A program made the position numbers and the translations under genes. Of a stretch of 64,000 nt of DNA, positions 1 to 12,890 are shown piece by piece; positions within the stretch are counted from its first letter, which is position 1; each line of letters starts with the position of its first letter. Source of the DNA: Eledone cirrhosa (lineage: Eukaryota); assembly GCA_964016885.1 (NCBI GenBank), contig OZ024760.1, positions 9,734,001-9,798,000 on the forward strand. Reading direction: 5' to 3'. The notes beneath the pieces were generated by a model. The model was given only the letters and a program-made list of their open reading frames with translations, ran no database searches and was not told where the DNA came from.

Positions 1-295
1 ACAAACACATACATACACACACATATACACACTCACATGCATATACATACAAACATATATACATATATACACACACATACATATATCCATAGACACACAT
101 TTGCTAACCCCCCATCATTTATTCATTATCTGTTTCATGCCTCACCTATACAACTGATTTTCTTGCTAAGTTTTCTCTCTTATTGCCTTTTAAACACCAA
201 ATTTATCACTGCCAATGTGCCAATAACCATTCGATGAATATTCATTGAAACTCTTCTTATATGCAAATGAGGAACACTCTTTCATAATATCTTGT

Positions 296-850
296 TTTTA
301 TGTGTATTGTTTTTGTGTATTTGTATGTGTTTTTGTATTGTTTTTGTATGTGTATTTGTATTGTTTTTGTATGTGTTTTTGTATTGTTTTTGTATTGTTT
401 TTGTGTGTTTTTGTATGTGTATTTGTATGTGTTTTTGTATTGTTTTTGTGTGTATTTTTGTATGTGTATTTGTATGTGTTTTTGTATTGTTTTTGTGTGC
501 ATTTTTGTATGTGTATTTGTATGTGTTTTTGTATTGTTTTTGTGTATGTTTTTGTATGTGTTTTTGTATTGTTTTTGTGTGTATTTTTGTATGTGTATTT
601 GTATGTGTTTTTGTATTGTTTTTGTGTGCATTTTTGTATGTGTATTTGTATGTGTTTTTGTATTGTTTTTGTGTGTATTTTTGTATGTGTATTTGTATGT
701 GTTTTTGTATTGTTTTTGTGTATGTTTTTGTATGTGTATTTGTATTGTTTTTGTGTGTGTTTTTGTATGTGTATTTGTATGTGTTTTTGTGTGTGTGTGT
801 ATTTGTATGTTTTTGTATGAACATTTGTATTGTTTTTGTATTTGTATTTA
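296..850. repeat. TG-rich compound micro/minisatellite
   Basis: Tandem variants of TGTATTTGTATGTGTTTTTGTATTGTTTT; source of the spurious CVFV/KYTY ORFs. Confidence 0.95.
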
Positions 851-1445
851 TTTTTACCATTTCTTTCTCTCTTTCTTCCCCCTTTTCCAGTTTGAAATGG
901 AATCTATAATGAATGATGGCCATTCTGTCCCACAGGAATTGAATGTATGCTTGGCTGTGATCATCGGGAGGATCTTAATTCTCCATTGGTAATGTGTAGA
1001 AACTCTTCATGATGTTGTTGTCTTTTAAACACGAATAAACAATCCTTTTATTTGTCTATTGAAACCATTATTGCCCCCCAGTCGCCCACAATGAAAATCT
1101 AAATTTAAACCTGCTGGACTCTGGCTGATGTCCTATTGTTTATTCTACAGCTAACTAAGGTTAAATAAGTTATAAATTATACAGTTTTTCTGGTCTGTAG
1201 GACACAGAACTGGACATGGCCATTGTAACTCTTTACAGAGAGATTTTATAGATCTAACATGCTTATATATATTGGACGGTTTTAATGATACATTGTTGAT
1301 AATGGCTGTTGATTTTTAGAGTCCGGGTTCAATCCTGTTGTATGGCAGCTTGGGTAAGATTTATTGACCATAGCTTTAGATTGATCTATACCTTGTTACT
1401 GAAAATGAGTAGACAGATACTGCTTGGAAGCCTTTTTGGATAGAA

Positions 1446-1608
1446 TCTTCTTCTTCTTCTTTTCCTCCGCCTCTTCCTCCTTTTTCTTCTCCTCCTCCTC
1501 GTCCTCCTCCTTCTTCTCATTGTTCTTTTCCTTTTCCCTCTTCCTCCTTTTTCTTTTTTTCCTTCTTTTCCTTTTCCTTTTTCCTCTTCCTTCTTTTTTT
1601 TCCTTCTT
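1446..1608. repeat. Polypyrimidine (CTT/CCT) tract
   Basis: About 160 nt almost purely C/T. Confidence 0.95.
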
Positions 1609-2439
1609 CACCCACTTATTACTGGGAGATTCATTGGAGAAAAAAATCCCCAAATGCTCCTCCTAGTGGGTCTTGTCAGAAGCAAGCATCTCCAACTGAT
1701 CCAGCTGGGTCCCCAAACAAAACTAATCAAGGTCATGGCTGTTATCCAACCATCTTACTCGGGGTCTGCTCCTGCATCTCCTGTTAGTTGGTTTTGCCCC
1801 TAAAATCTGTCCAGCAATTGTTTCCCTGAGATATCTCTAATATCGGAGCTGTGACACCTCAATTCGGAGAAGTAGAGCTCTCCACATGGGGCAACTCTCT
1901 AATCTCAGAGTTACACATTCTTGCAATTTCCTGTTGAATCTCCCTGAGAATTATGATAAAACTGTAGAAGAGGAAGGATATAGATTGAACCCTAGTACTG
2001 CTGAGGATGGTTATACAAGAGGAGGGAGGCAGAAGGATAATGAATCACTTGTATTACAAAGGCAGCTTATGGATTTGATGAATCTCCCTGAAGAAAATAC
2101 CCAATAAATGTGAGAAGGGAAGATATGAGTGTGATAGAAGATATAAATGTTGTCATACCACATATCCAGAAAGAGGGCTTAACTCAAACAAGGAACCTTA
2201 TCTGAACTGTTGCACTGCTCTGCGGAATAGGCATTTGCACATTAATTTCATGAACAGGCTGTTCCATTGATCAAACAACTGGAACAGTGACCATGGAAAC
2301 CAAGATATGTCCATTGCTTCCTTCCATTCCTGTGGATGGGAAACCAATTTCTGAATTTTTCATTTGTTAGTTGAATAAGCTATAACATATTTTTCTTTGG
2401 CGGCCATATTGAAAGGAATGAATTTGTTTTATTAGTTCA

Positions 2440-2655
2440 GGGCAGTGGATTGACAGAATTGGTAGGGCATCAGACACTAAGCTTTGTAGCATAGAGTTAT
2501 GGCCCTTTATGTTCTGAGTTCAAATCCCATCGGGGGTTAACTTTGCCTTTCATCCTTACGGGGTCGATAAAATAAAGTACCAGTAATGCACTGGGAGCCG
2601 ATTTAATCGACTTTCCCCTCCCCCAAATTACTTGCCTTGTGCCAATAGTAGAAAT
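2440..2655 (+). mobile_element. tRNA-derived SINE, family A
   Basis: B-box-like GAGTTCAAATCC, then body AACTTTGCCTTTCATCCTTACGGGGTCGATAAAATAAAGTACCAGT; many copies in window. Confidence 0.85.
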
Positions 2656-3299
2656 CTTTATCAGTTCAATGTCACCATCGCTGTTTAACATCTATTTTCC
2701 ATGTTTACATGGCTTAGATGGCTGTCATATGCTGAGGGCTGACTGGTCAGGGGACCAGGTCTTGCTAGTATAATATGGTTTCTACGGCTGGATGCCCTTC
2801 CTAACACCAACCACATTTACAGTGAGTGTTGGGAGCAGTGTACATAGTCATGCTGGGAGGCCACGGGTAGTGATTGGCTTCCTTGGCTGGCCAAAAACAG
2901 GAGCATTTACATATAGCTTTTGGGCAAGTGGTTGAGTGGGTGGGTAATGTCTGCCATTTTGGGGTGTTCCTGGGCTTGGAAAGGGTTGGCAGTGCAAGAA
3001 TTCAGTGGGGAAAGGGAATCAATCAAGGTTCCTCCAAGATTTCCATGCTAGTCTCGGTTGGGTGAAAAAAGTCAGGAGTTTACTGGCAGGTGAGGGCCTG
3101 AGAGTTGTTCCATCTCTCTGCTTCTTAGGGTTTAGAGTGGAGAAGGAGATCAGAAGCATGGTGGCAGGGAATTCAGGAGGAGGGTGAGACTTGAGTGGTG
3201 TTGTATCACTTCTCTATTTCTTCAGGGTTTAGAGTGAAGGGAGGTATCGGGGTTAACTATCCTGCTTCTGTTGCATTCATTCTACTTATGTGACTGACC

Positions 3300-3480
3300 A
3301 GGTGGGTGCCTCGTATTATAGATTATCGCCAGTTTACATGATCCTTGATCCTAGGTCATCTCCTCTGCGAGGTTCAGCTACATGAGGATGTACCTCACCA
3401 CATAATCCCAGGTTTTCCTAGGCTTTCCCTTTCCAAGGGTTCCTTTGACTTTAAATTATCTGGGTTTCTTGATGCACTAT
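3300..3480 (-). mobile_element. Decayed RTE-type LINE 3' fragment
   Basis: Minus translation CIKKPR*FKVKGTLGKGKPRKTWDYVV..LNLAEEMT resembles the RTE C-terminus at 29805-30190. Confidence 0.7.
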
Positions 3481-3565
3481 AACATGTTTTTCCTTGGCCA
3501 TATTGAAAGGAATGAGTTAAGTTTGACAACAATATTCAGAGGAGATGAAGGAATTTGTTGAATAT

Positions 3566-3793
3566 TTAACCCTTTAGCATTTAAACTGGCAATATCAGGC
3601 TGGAATGCCCTCACCTCTTTCTGTTCAAACAGGCTGCAACTGGCCACTCGTAATTATGTTAAGGTATTCTTCTCAAAATAAATAATATCGAAATCTCATA
3701 GATTTGATATTATGTGAGATAATTATGTGAGTAAAGCCTTTACCATGAAAATATAATAGTAAATATAAAGTAATGTAAATGGTAAAGGGTTAA
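3566..3793 (+). mobile_element. piggyBac-type MITE (TTAA target)
   Basis: TTAA-CCCTTTA...TAAAGGG-TTAA termini; five copies in window. Confidence 0.8.
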
Positions 3794-4109
3794 AGTTATT
3801 CTTTTCATTCACCATTCCCATCTTTGTTGTTTAACGCTTTCCTGAACATATTTCTTATAAAATAAACTGTATTTCACATAATTAATGAAGAATTTTGATG
3901 AATTTACTAAAATTATAAATGATTTCAGTACCAGTAATGCACTGGGTAATTGCTGGCCTTGTGCCTAAAGTAGAAACAATTATTAACTTTTAGTACGCTA
4001 GTAATTTTTATTAGTTGTTTCCCTTGACACTGCATTATCTATTAAGGGGAGATTACTCTATGGTGTATTTTGTTGGTCACAGCGTGCTGAAGGTTAAAAT
4101 GTTATTTAG

Positions 4110-5025
4110 GGGTGGTGGATTGGTAGTATTGGTAGAGTGTCAGATAATATGTTTTACAGCATAGAGTTACGGCTCTTTACGTTCCGAGCTGAAATCCTGC
4201 TGAGGCTAGCTTCATCTTTCATCCCTATAGGGTTGATAAAATAAAGTACCAGTAATGCACTGGGATCGGTTTAATCAAATTATCCCTTCTCCAAAAATTG
4301 TTGGCCCTCTACCTAAATCAGAAATCATTATGGCAGATAGTTGCACCCCTTTACTTTCTGATTTCAAATCCCACCGAAGTTAGCTTTGCCTTTCCTCCTT
4401 ACGGAGTTGATAAAATAAAGTACCAGCAATGAACTGGGGTTGATTTAATTGACTTTTCACCCCCCCAAAATTGGTGGCCCTCTACCTAAATCAGAAATCA
4501 TTATGGCAGATAGTTGCACCCCTTTACTTTCTGATTTCAAATCCCACCGAGGTTAGCTTTGCCTTTCCTCCTTACGGAGTTGATAAAATAAAGTACCAGC
4601 AATGAACTGGGGTTGATTTAATTGACTTTTCACCCCCCCAAAATTGGTGGCACTCTACCTAAATCAGAAATCATTATGGCAGATAGTTGCACCCCTTTAC
4701 TTTCTGATTTCAAATCCCACCGAGGTTAGCTTTGCCTTTCCTCCTTACGGAGTTGATAAAATAAAGTACCAGCAATGAACTGGGGTTGATTTAATTGACT
4801 TTTCACCCCCACAAAATTGGTGGCACTCTACCTAAATCAGAAATCATTATGGCAGATAGTTGCACCCCTTTACTTTCTGATTTCAAATCCCACCGAAGTT
4901 AGCTTTGCCTTTCCTCCTTACGGAGTCGATAAAATAAAGTACCAGCAATGAACTGGGGTTGATTTAATTGACTTTTCACCCCCACAAAATTGGTGGCCAT
5001 GTGCCTAAATCAGAAACAATTATTA
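4110..5025 (+). mobile_element. SINE family A with four tandem 173-bp duplications of its body
   Basis: GAAA(T/C)CA anchor recurs at 4321, 4494, 4667, 4840, 5013. Confidence 0.85.
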
Positions 5026-5192
5026 AAATGATGTTTGTAGCTTAATGTAACAAACAGTTCTTATATAAAATCATGATGGAAGTTTAAATAGGACCTCTTT
5101 AAAATGGGTGATTTTGTTTAATAGAACTAGAGGGGATTTGGGGCCAGCTTTAGGGCCCGCTTTGTATCAAAAGGGTTAAAATATCACCTTTG

Positions 5193-5883
5193 TCATTGCC
5201 ATCAACATCATCATTATTAATATTATCATCAATGCAATCAGTATCACCATCATCATCAACAACATCATCATCATCATCTACAACCACCATCATCATCATC
5301 ACCACCACCATCACGATCATCACAACGACCACCACCACCACCATCATCATCATCATCTCATCCCTACCACCACCACCACCACCATCATCATCGTCATCTC
5401 GTCACTACCACCACCATCATCATCATTTCATCACAACCACCACAACCATCATCACCACCACCGTCACCACCACCATCATCACCATCATCATCACCACCAC
5501 CACCAACACGACCACCAACACGACCACCACAACCACCACCACAACCACCACCACAACCATCATCACCACCAACACGACCACCACAACCACCACCACAACC
5601 ACCACCACAACCACCACCACAACCACCACAACCATCATCACCACCAACACGACCACCACAACCACCACCACAACCACCACCACAACCATCATCACCACCA
5701 ACACGACCACCACAACCACCACCACAACCACCACCACAACCACCACCACAACCACCACCACAACCACCACCATCACCACCACCATCATCACCACCACCAC
5801 CACCACCACCACGACCACCAACACGACCACCACAACCACCACCACAACCACCACCACAACCACCACCATCATCATCACCACCA
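5193..5883. repeat. (CAC/CAT/AAC)n trinucleotide tract
   Basis: Direct inspection. Confidence 0.95.
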
Positions 5884-6057
5884 ATCTAAGAGACATGATA
5901 TAATGAAGGGGGTTGGTCTGTACTCTACAATTAAGATGGGACATTGGAAATTTAATCAAACTTCCTTAAGTAGTTTTACAACAATCTGATTAGAAAAATA
6001 TGAAACCTAATCAATGGATCAATAGATCAATAAATTGTATTATTTTAATAAGAGATG

Positions 6058-7647
6058 TTGTATCCAAAGACACACCACACTAGCTGGACAGTCAGGGTAC
6101 AAACTGGGGTGGTGTTGTGTGGTCAGTTTAGAGGTGTTGTGTGGTCAGGTTAGAGGTGGTGTTGTGTGGTCAGGTTAGAGGTGGTGTTGTGTGGTCAGGT
6201 TAGAGGTGGTGTTGTGTGGTCAGGTTAGAGGTGGTGTTGTGTGGTCAGTTTAGAGGTGGTGTTGTGTGGTCAGTTTAGAGGTGGTGTTGTGTGGTCAGGT
6301 TAGAGGTGGTGTTGTGTGGTCAGTTTAGAGGTGGTGTTGTGTGGTCAGTTTAGAGGTGGTGTTGTGTGGTCAGTTTAGAGGTGGTGTTGTGTGGTCAGTT
6401 TAGAGGTGGTGTTGTGTGGTCAGGTTAGAGGTGGTGTTGTGTGGTCAGGTTAGAGGTGGTGTTGTGTGGTCAGGTTAGAGGTGGTGTTGTGTGGTCAGTT
6501 TAGAGGTGGTGTTGTGTGGTCAGTTTAGAGGTGGTGTTGTGTGGTCAGGTGGTGTACTATCCAAAGACACACCACACTAGCTGGACAGTCAGGGTATAAA
6601 CTGGGGTGGTGTTGTGTGGTCAGTTTAGAGGTGGTGTTGTGTGGTCAGGTGGTGTAGTGTCCAAAGACACACCACACTAGCTGGACAGTCAGGGTACAAA
6701 CTGGGGTGGTGTTGTGTGGTCAGTTTAGAGGTGGTGTTGTGTGGTCAGTTTAGAGGTGGTGTTGTGTGGTCAGGTTAGAGGTGGTGTTGTGTGGTCAGGT
6801 TAGAGGTGGTGTTGTGTGGTCAGTTTAGAGGTGGTGTTGTGTGGTCAGTTTAGAGGTGGTGTTGTGTGGTCAGGTGGTGTAGTGTCCAAAGACACACCAC
6901 ACTAGCTGGACAGTCAGGGTACAAACTGGGGTGGTGTTGTGTGGTCAGTTTAGAGGTGGTGTTGTGTGGTCAGTTTAGAGGTGGTGTTGTGTGGTCAGGT
7001 TAGAGGTGGTGTTGTGTGGTCAGGTTAGAGGTGGTGTTGTGTGGTCAGTTTAGAGGTGGTGTTGTGTGGTCAGGTTAGAGGTGGTGTTGTGTGGTCAGTT
7101 TAGAGGTGGTGTTGTGTGGTCAGGTTAGAGGTGGTGTTGTGTGGTCAGTTTAGAGGTGGTGTTGTGTGGTCAGGTTAGAGGTGGTGTTGTGTGGTCAGTT
7201 TAGAGGTGGTGTTGTGTGGTCAGTTTAGAGGTGGTGTTGTGTGGTCAGGTTAGAGGTGGTGTTGTGTGGTCAGGTTAGAGGTGGCGTTGTGTGGTCAGGT
7301 TAGAGGTGGTGTTGTGTGGTCAGTTTAGAGGTGGTGTTGTGTGGTCAGTTTAGAGGTGGTGTTGTGTGGTCAGTTTAGAGGTGGTGTTGTGTGGTCAGGT
7401 TAGAGGTGGTCTTGTGTGGTCAGTTTAGAGGTGGTGTTGTGTGGTCAGGTTAGAGGTGGTGTTGTGTGGTCAGGTTAGAGGTGGCGTTGTGTGGTCAGGT
7501 TAGAGGTGGTGTTGTGTGGTCAGGTTAGAGGTGGTGTTGTGTGGTCAGGTTAGAGGTGGTGTTGTGTGGTCAGGTTAGAGGTGGCGTTGTGTGGTCAGGT
7601 TAGAGGTGGTGTTGTGTGGTCAGGTTAGAGGTGGTGTTGTGTGGTGG
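6058..7647. repeat. 25-bp G/T-rich minisatellite with an interspersed ~50-bp block
   Basis: Unit GTGGTGTTGTGTGGTCAG(G/T)TTAGAG; block TCCAAAGACACACCACACTAGCTGGACAGTCAGGGTA at about 6063, 6560, 6660, 6885. Confidence 0.95.
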
Positions 7648-8182
7648 TAGGGGTTATATACAGGAGTGAGGTGGGGGTGGAGCGCGGGAGGGGGGGGGGG
7701 GGGGGTAGAAGAGTGGTGTGGGGGAGGGGGGAGAGTGGTGTGCGGGGAGGGGCAGAACTGTATATGCTGTGGTAACAAGACTTATCACCATAGTGATAAG
7801 TACTTTGTCATGTCAGTAAAAGATAACAAAACATAGTTGAGAAGTAATAAAAGATAAAGCATTGATAGGGGGTGGGGGTGGGGGTAGTGGTGAGGGGGGT
7901 GAGGGGGTAGAGATGGGGGGGGGCAGTGTGAGAGAGAGATGCATGAGTGAGGGCGGAGCAGTGGGGGGGGGGGCAGTGTGAGGGGGTAGGATCAGTGTGA
8001 GGGGGAGGGACAATGTAAGATGGTGCCAGAGCTGGTGAATGGTGACCAGAAGCAGCAGAGCATGCAGGTTATGTGAGGATATCCAGGATATCATCTAACA
8101 TAGTAGATGGTTAAGATTCAGTCATGACTACCATGACTGAATCTTAACCATCTACTATGTCAGGGTATGTCATGCATCATCT

Positions 8183-8249
8183 TATTTTATCTGATGAGGA
8201 CGTACTGTTGAAGTTAACTCAGTACCTCTGAAATATGTATAATAAAATA
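8183..8249 (+). ncRNA. Type I hammerhead ribozyme
   Basis: Stem I TATTTTAT/ATAAAATA, CTGATGA 8191-8197, stem II GGACGTACTG/CAGTACCTCT, GAAA 8230-8233, minimal stem III, AUA cleavage triplet ending 8241. Confidence 0.85.
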
Positions 8250-8290
8250 TACTTGATCACACGAATGTCTATTTTTGTTAATATTTTGAA

Positions 8291-8341
<51 letters not shown>

Positions 8342-8425
8342 ATGTGTAATATATATATATATGAATGTGTATATATATATATATACGATATTAACAAATG
8401 GAAACTATATTTATAAAACCATATT

Positions 8426-8490
8426 TATTTCATTATACATATTTCAAGGACACCAAGTTAAATTATGGTGTGCTTTCATCAGATAAAATA
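8426..8490 (-). ncRNA. Type I hammerhead ribozyme (mirror copy)
   Basis: Reverse complement of 8638-8702 in the left arm of the palindrome. Confidence 0.82.
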
Positions 8491-8637
8491 TAATATAGAT
8501 CAGTTTTATAAATAAATATTGACATACCCTTAAAGAATGCAACCATTACTGTTGGAATCTATCCGGGAGATTCCAACAGCAATGGTTGCATTCTTTAAGG
8601 GTATGTCAATACTTATTTATAAAACTGCTCTATATAA

Positions 8638-8702
8638 TATTTTATCTGATGAAAGCACACCATAATTTAACTTGGTGTCCTTGAAATATGTATAATGAAA
8701 TA
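8638..8702 (+). ncRNA. Type I hammerhead ribozyme
   Basis: TATTTTAT-CTGATGA-AAGCACACCA-loop-TGGTGTCCTT-GAAA-TATGTA-TA-ATGAAATA. Confidence 0.85.
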
Positions 8703-8851
8703 AATATGGTTTTATAAATATAGTTTCCATTTGTTAATATCGTATTTTTTCTCCAAATATTTGTTGAGTGCTTTATATCAGTTATAAATATTTACTAGTT
8801 GTAACACAACAATTTAAATAGAACTTTTACATATATATATATGAATGTGTG

Positions 8852-8941
<90 letters not shown>

Positions 8942-8956
8942 TATATTTGTCTGTGT

Positions 8957-9136
8957 GAAGGGGCATGGCTCCATGGTTAGAGAATTGGATTCGCAATCAT
9001 GAGGTTGTGAGTTCGATTCCTGGATCGGGCGATGCGTTATGTCCTTGGGCAGGACACATAGTATTAGTGACCAACGGATAGTATTAGTAATTGGAAAGAC
9101 CAATGGAAACATTGTTTCCTCGGTCCAATTTGGCAA
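8957..9136 (+). mobile_element. SINE head (family B-like tRNA head plus central domain)
   Basis: TGGCTCCATGGTTAG A-box-like, GAGTTCGATTCC B box, GTCCTTGGGCAGGACAC; related pieces at 48346-48545 (+), 46375-46545 (-), 16402-16540 (-). Confidence 0.7.
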
Positions 9137-9202
9137 AAGTCAGTATATATATATATACACATATACATATATACACAGACAGAATGATATATAGATAGAT
9201 AT

Positions 9203-9631
9203 GTTTCTTTATTAGCCACAGGGGCACAAAAGAAGGGGACAAATACAAAGGGGGAAGTTTACATACAATAAAAACGTGTAAAATACTATCACAAATGTAA
9301 TTTAAAAATTAATCGATTTTCCCCAATAGGGGGAGACATTTCATATGAGTAACACATACCCTTGAAAAAATGTGCAGCCCTCATCTCCAGGAGTACGAAA
9401 AGTTTGTACCCCTTTCCTCTCCTCCTCCTTTTCCTCAACCTACAGGCTGATATAGAGAGAAGGCCCATTCACTCGGGCCATTCTCGCCACTTTCACTCAC
9501 CTTTCATAAAACTTGCTGGGGTACAGCACCTCTCTCTCCATCCTGATTCTTCTTCCAAAGTGGTATTTGAAAAAAAGAATCAGTTGTTGGCCGGAGAGAA
9601 AGGTGTCTGACCTCAGCCCTTATAACCTCGT
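9203..9631 (-). mobile_element. L1/Tx1-like LINE 3' fragment
   Basis: Paralogous to 9651-10180; 3' end AATAAAGAAA runs into (CTAT)n. Confidence 0.65.
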
Positions 9632-9650
9632 ACATAGATAGATAGATAGA

Positions 9651-10180
9651 TTTCTTTATTAGCCACAAGGGCGCACAAGAAAAGGGGACAAAACGGGGAC
9701 AAAACAGCCTTCCTAGTGTTGGTGATCTCTTTGACAAAAGGGGACAAAACGGGGATTTTACATATAATCGTATAAAAATATGAAACAAAAAAATATAACA
9801 AATCCCCAATAGGAGGAGAGGCGCCAAAAATGGGTTGTTTGATAGCCCGTCGATACAACAGCCCTCAACTTCAGGAGCGTGTTGTGCAAGTGCTCCTTTT
9901 TTCCTTTTGCTCTCTTCTTCAACCTACAGGCTTATATACAGAGAAGGCTCAATCACTCAGGCCATTTCTACCACATTCACCCACCTTTCATTAAATTTAC
10001 TGGGGTGCAGTACCTCTCTTGCCACTCTGATTCTCCTAAAGTGGTACCTAAAGAAGGGAATGAGTTGTTGTCCGGAGAGAAAGGCATCTGTCCTCAGTCC
10101 TCTCAATCTCGTCCACCATATAACCTCTTTTACCATAGCCACTGTACAGAGGAAAACCGCCTCTCTTTCGTTTTTGAAAG
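9651..10180 (-). mobile_element. L1/Tx1-like LINE 3' fragment
   Basis: ORF2 C-terminus-like AVFLCTVAMVKEVIWWTR...SKFNERW, 3'UTR with AATAAA, flanked by (GATA)n. Confidence 0.7.
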
Positions 10181-10221
10181 AGATAGATAAATAGATAGAA
10201 AAACAGAAATATATATATATA

Positions 10222-10640
10222 TAATGAAGGAAATGTGGTAAGGAACCAGATGGACCATAACGCACCAAAGTACTCAATACTTAGGGTAGTAGAGTGGGTA
10301 ATAGGAACGAGTAGGACCCCGACGGCTGAACTCAAGCCGTTTCGACGGCTAATTCTGGACGGAATTAGCCGTCGAAACGGCTTGAGCTCAGCTGTCGGGG
10401 TCCTACTCGTTCCTATTTACATTCATTTAATTTATTAATATTTTATTTGAGTGACCCGAATCTTCCTGGTCGTTTATTTTCGGCTGCATGGGTGATTTTA
10501 GGCATGACCTCTATGTGTTGGTATTTTAACGATAGTTATAGCTCTGATTTTTCCAAATTATTGAGCCCTCTGTCACATATATCGGATATTGTTTATCGTG
10601 ATTTCGTGGGCTGATATTCCGATTCTCGATTATTCTACTA
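10222..10640. mobile_element. Fold-back element carrying mirrored 3' halves of a hammerhead
   Basis: Palindrome 10300-10417; GAAA-CGGC-loop-GCTG-TC at 10374-10396; same family as 40197-40449; in (TA)n. Confidence 0.7.
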
Positions 10641-10742
10641 TATATATATATATACAGAGAGACAGAGAGAGAGAGATAGATAGATACAAAGATAAACAAA
10701 CATATATATATATATAAATAAATATATATATATATATATATA

Positions 10743-10802
<60 letters not shown>

Positions 10803-10931
10803 CATATATATACATATATATATATATACATACCCTTGCAAGCAGGGAAAAGCGGACGTAAAATGAAAATGATGATATATATATATATATATATAGATGT
10901 ATATATATATACATATATATATACATATACA

Positions 10932-10965
<34 letters not shown>

Positions 10966-10970
10966 TATAT

Positions 10971-11029
<59 letters not shown>

Positions 11030-11037
11030 TATATATG

Positions 11038-11089
<52 letters not shown>

Positions 11090-11111
11090 TACCTATATAT
11101 ATCTATATACA

Positions 11112-11149
<38 letters not shown>

Positions 11150-11302
11150 TATAGATATATATAGATATATATATATATATATATAGATATATATAGATAT
11201 ATATATATATAGATATATAGATATATATATATATATAGATATATAGATATATAGATATATATAGATATATATATATCTATATATATATATATATCTATAG
11301 AG
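10638..11302. repeat. (TA)n/(TAGA)n microsatellite field
   Basis: Direct inspection; includes an isolated SINE/LINE tail at about 10832-10875. Confidence 0.95.
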
Positions 11303-11320
11303 AGAAATAGATGAACTTAC

Positions 11321-11352
11321 CTGAGATAATGTAATGTTTACCTGGATGAAGT
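11321..11352 (-). other. Candidate 32-nt exon of minus-strand transcript
   Basis: Minus strand: TTTCATTTCCTTTTCACTGTAACATCAG acceptor and perfect CAG|GTAAGT donor. Confidence 0.4.
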
Positions 11353-11475
11353 CTGATGTTACAGTGAAAAGGAAATGAAAAAGGTGTTAATTATCTCCCC
11401 ACCCCACCCCCCTCTGTCATCTCCCCCTCCCCTCCTTAATCTCTCACACACTTCTTTCTTCCAATCTATCCAATT

Positions 11476-12229
11476 ACTAACAACAACAACAACAACAATA
11501 CCCACAACACTACCACCACCACCACCACGACTAACAACAACAATAACAACACCACCACCACCACCACCACCACCACTAACAACAACAACACCACTAACAA
11601 CAACACCACCACCACCACTAACAACAACAACACCACCACCACCACTAACAACAACAACAACAACACTACCACCAACACCACCACCACCACCACCAACAAC
11701 AACACCACCACCACCACCACCACTAACAACAACACCAACACCACCACCACTAACAACACCAACAACACCACCACCACCACCAACACCACCACCACCACCA
11801 CCACTAACAACAACAACACCACTAACAACAACACCACCACCACCACTAACAACAACACCAACACCACCACCACTAACAACACCAACAACACCACCACCAC
11901 CACCACCACCACCACCAACACCACCACCACCACCACCACTAACAACAACAACACCACTAACAACAACACCACCACCACCACTAACAACAACAACACCACC
12001 ACCACCACTAACAACAACAACAACAACACTACCACCAACACCACCACCACCAACAACACCACCACCACCACCACTAACAACAACAACACCACTAACAACA
12101 ACACCACCACCACCACTAACAACACCAACACCACCACCACCACCACCACCACCACCAACACCACCACCACCACCACCACCACCACTAACAACAACAACAA
12201 CACTACCACCACCACCACCAACAACAACC
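11476..12229. repeat. (ACC/AAC)n tract
   Basis: Direct inspection. Confidence 0.95.
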
Positions 12230-12298
12230 AGATCTTACCTTGTTTTGTCATCTCTTTAATTGGTTTTGTCTCAAGGATTATTGCCACCCAGTCTCCAG

Positions 12299-12890
12299 GT
12301 GGTGGTGGGGGTAGTGGTGGTAGTGGTGGCGGCGGTGGTGGTGGTGGTGGTGGCGGCGGTGGTGGTGGTGGTGGTGGCGGCGGTGGTGGTGTTAGTGCGT
12401 GGGGGGGGGGGGGTAGTGATGCTGGTGGTGGTGGTGGTTGTGGTAGTGCTGGTGGTGGTGGTTGTGGTAGTGGTGGTGGTGGTGGTAGTGCTGGTGGTGG
12501 TGGTAGTGCTGGTGGTGGTGGTTGTGGTAGTGGTGGTGGTGTTGGTGGTAGTGGTGGTGGTGGTGGTAGTGCTGGTGGTGGTGGTTGTGGTAGTGGTGGT
12601 GGTGTTGGTGGTAGTGGTGGTAGTGCTGGTGGTGGTGGTTGTGGTGGTGGTGGTGGTGGTGATGGTAGTGATGGTGGTGGTGGTGGTGGTGATGGTAGTG
12701 GTAGTAGTGATGGTGGTGGTGGTGGTGATGGTAGTGGTAGTAGTGATGGTGGTAGTAGTAGTGATGGTGGTGGTGGTGGTGGTGGTGGTGATGGTAGTTG
12801 TGGTGGTGGTAGTAGTAGTGATGGTGGTGGTGGTGGTGGTGGTGGTGATGGTAGTTGTGGTGGTGGTGGTGTTAGCGGTAGTGGTGTTGT
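12299..12890. repeat. (GGT)n tract, inverted relative to 11476-12229
   Basis: Direct inspection. Confidence 0.95.

Larger units (their letters stand above)
8383..8830. mobile_element. Fold-back non-autonomous hammerhead element in (TA)n
   Basis: 178-bp near-perfect inverted arms 8383-8560 and 8568-8745, one ribozyme per arm, (TA)n on both sides. Confidence 0.8.

Noticed and set aside
6058-7647. CRISPR-like or telomeric array (25-bp repeat with interspersed blocks, GGTTAG motif)
   Set aside because: The interspersed blocks are near-identical rather than unique spacers, there are no cas genes, and there is no (TTAGGG)n
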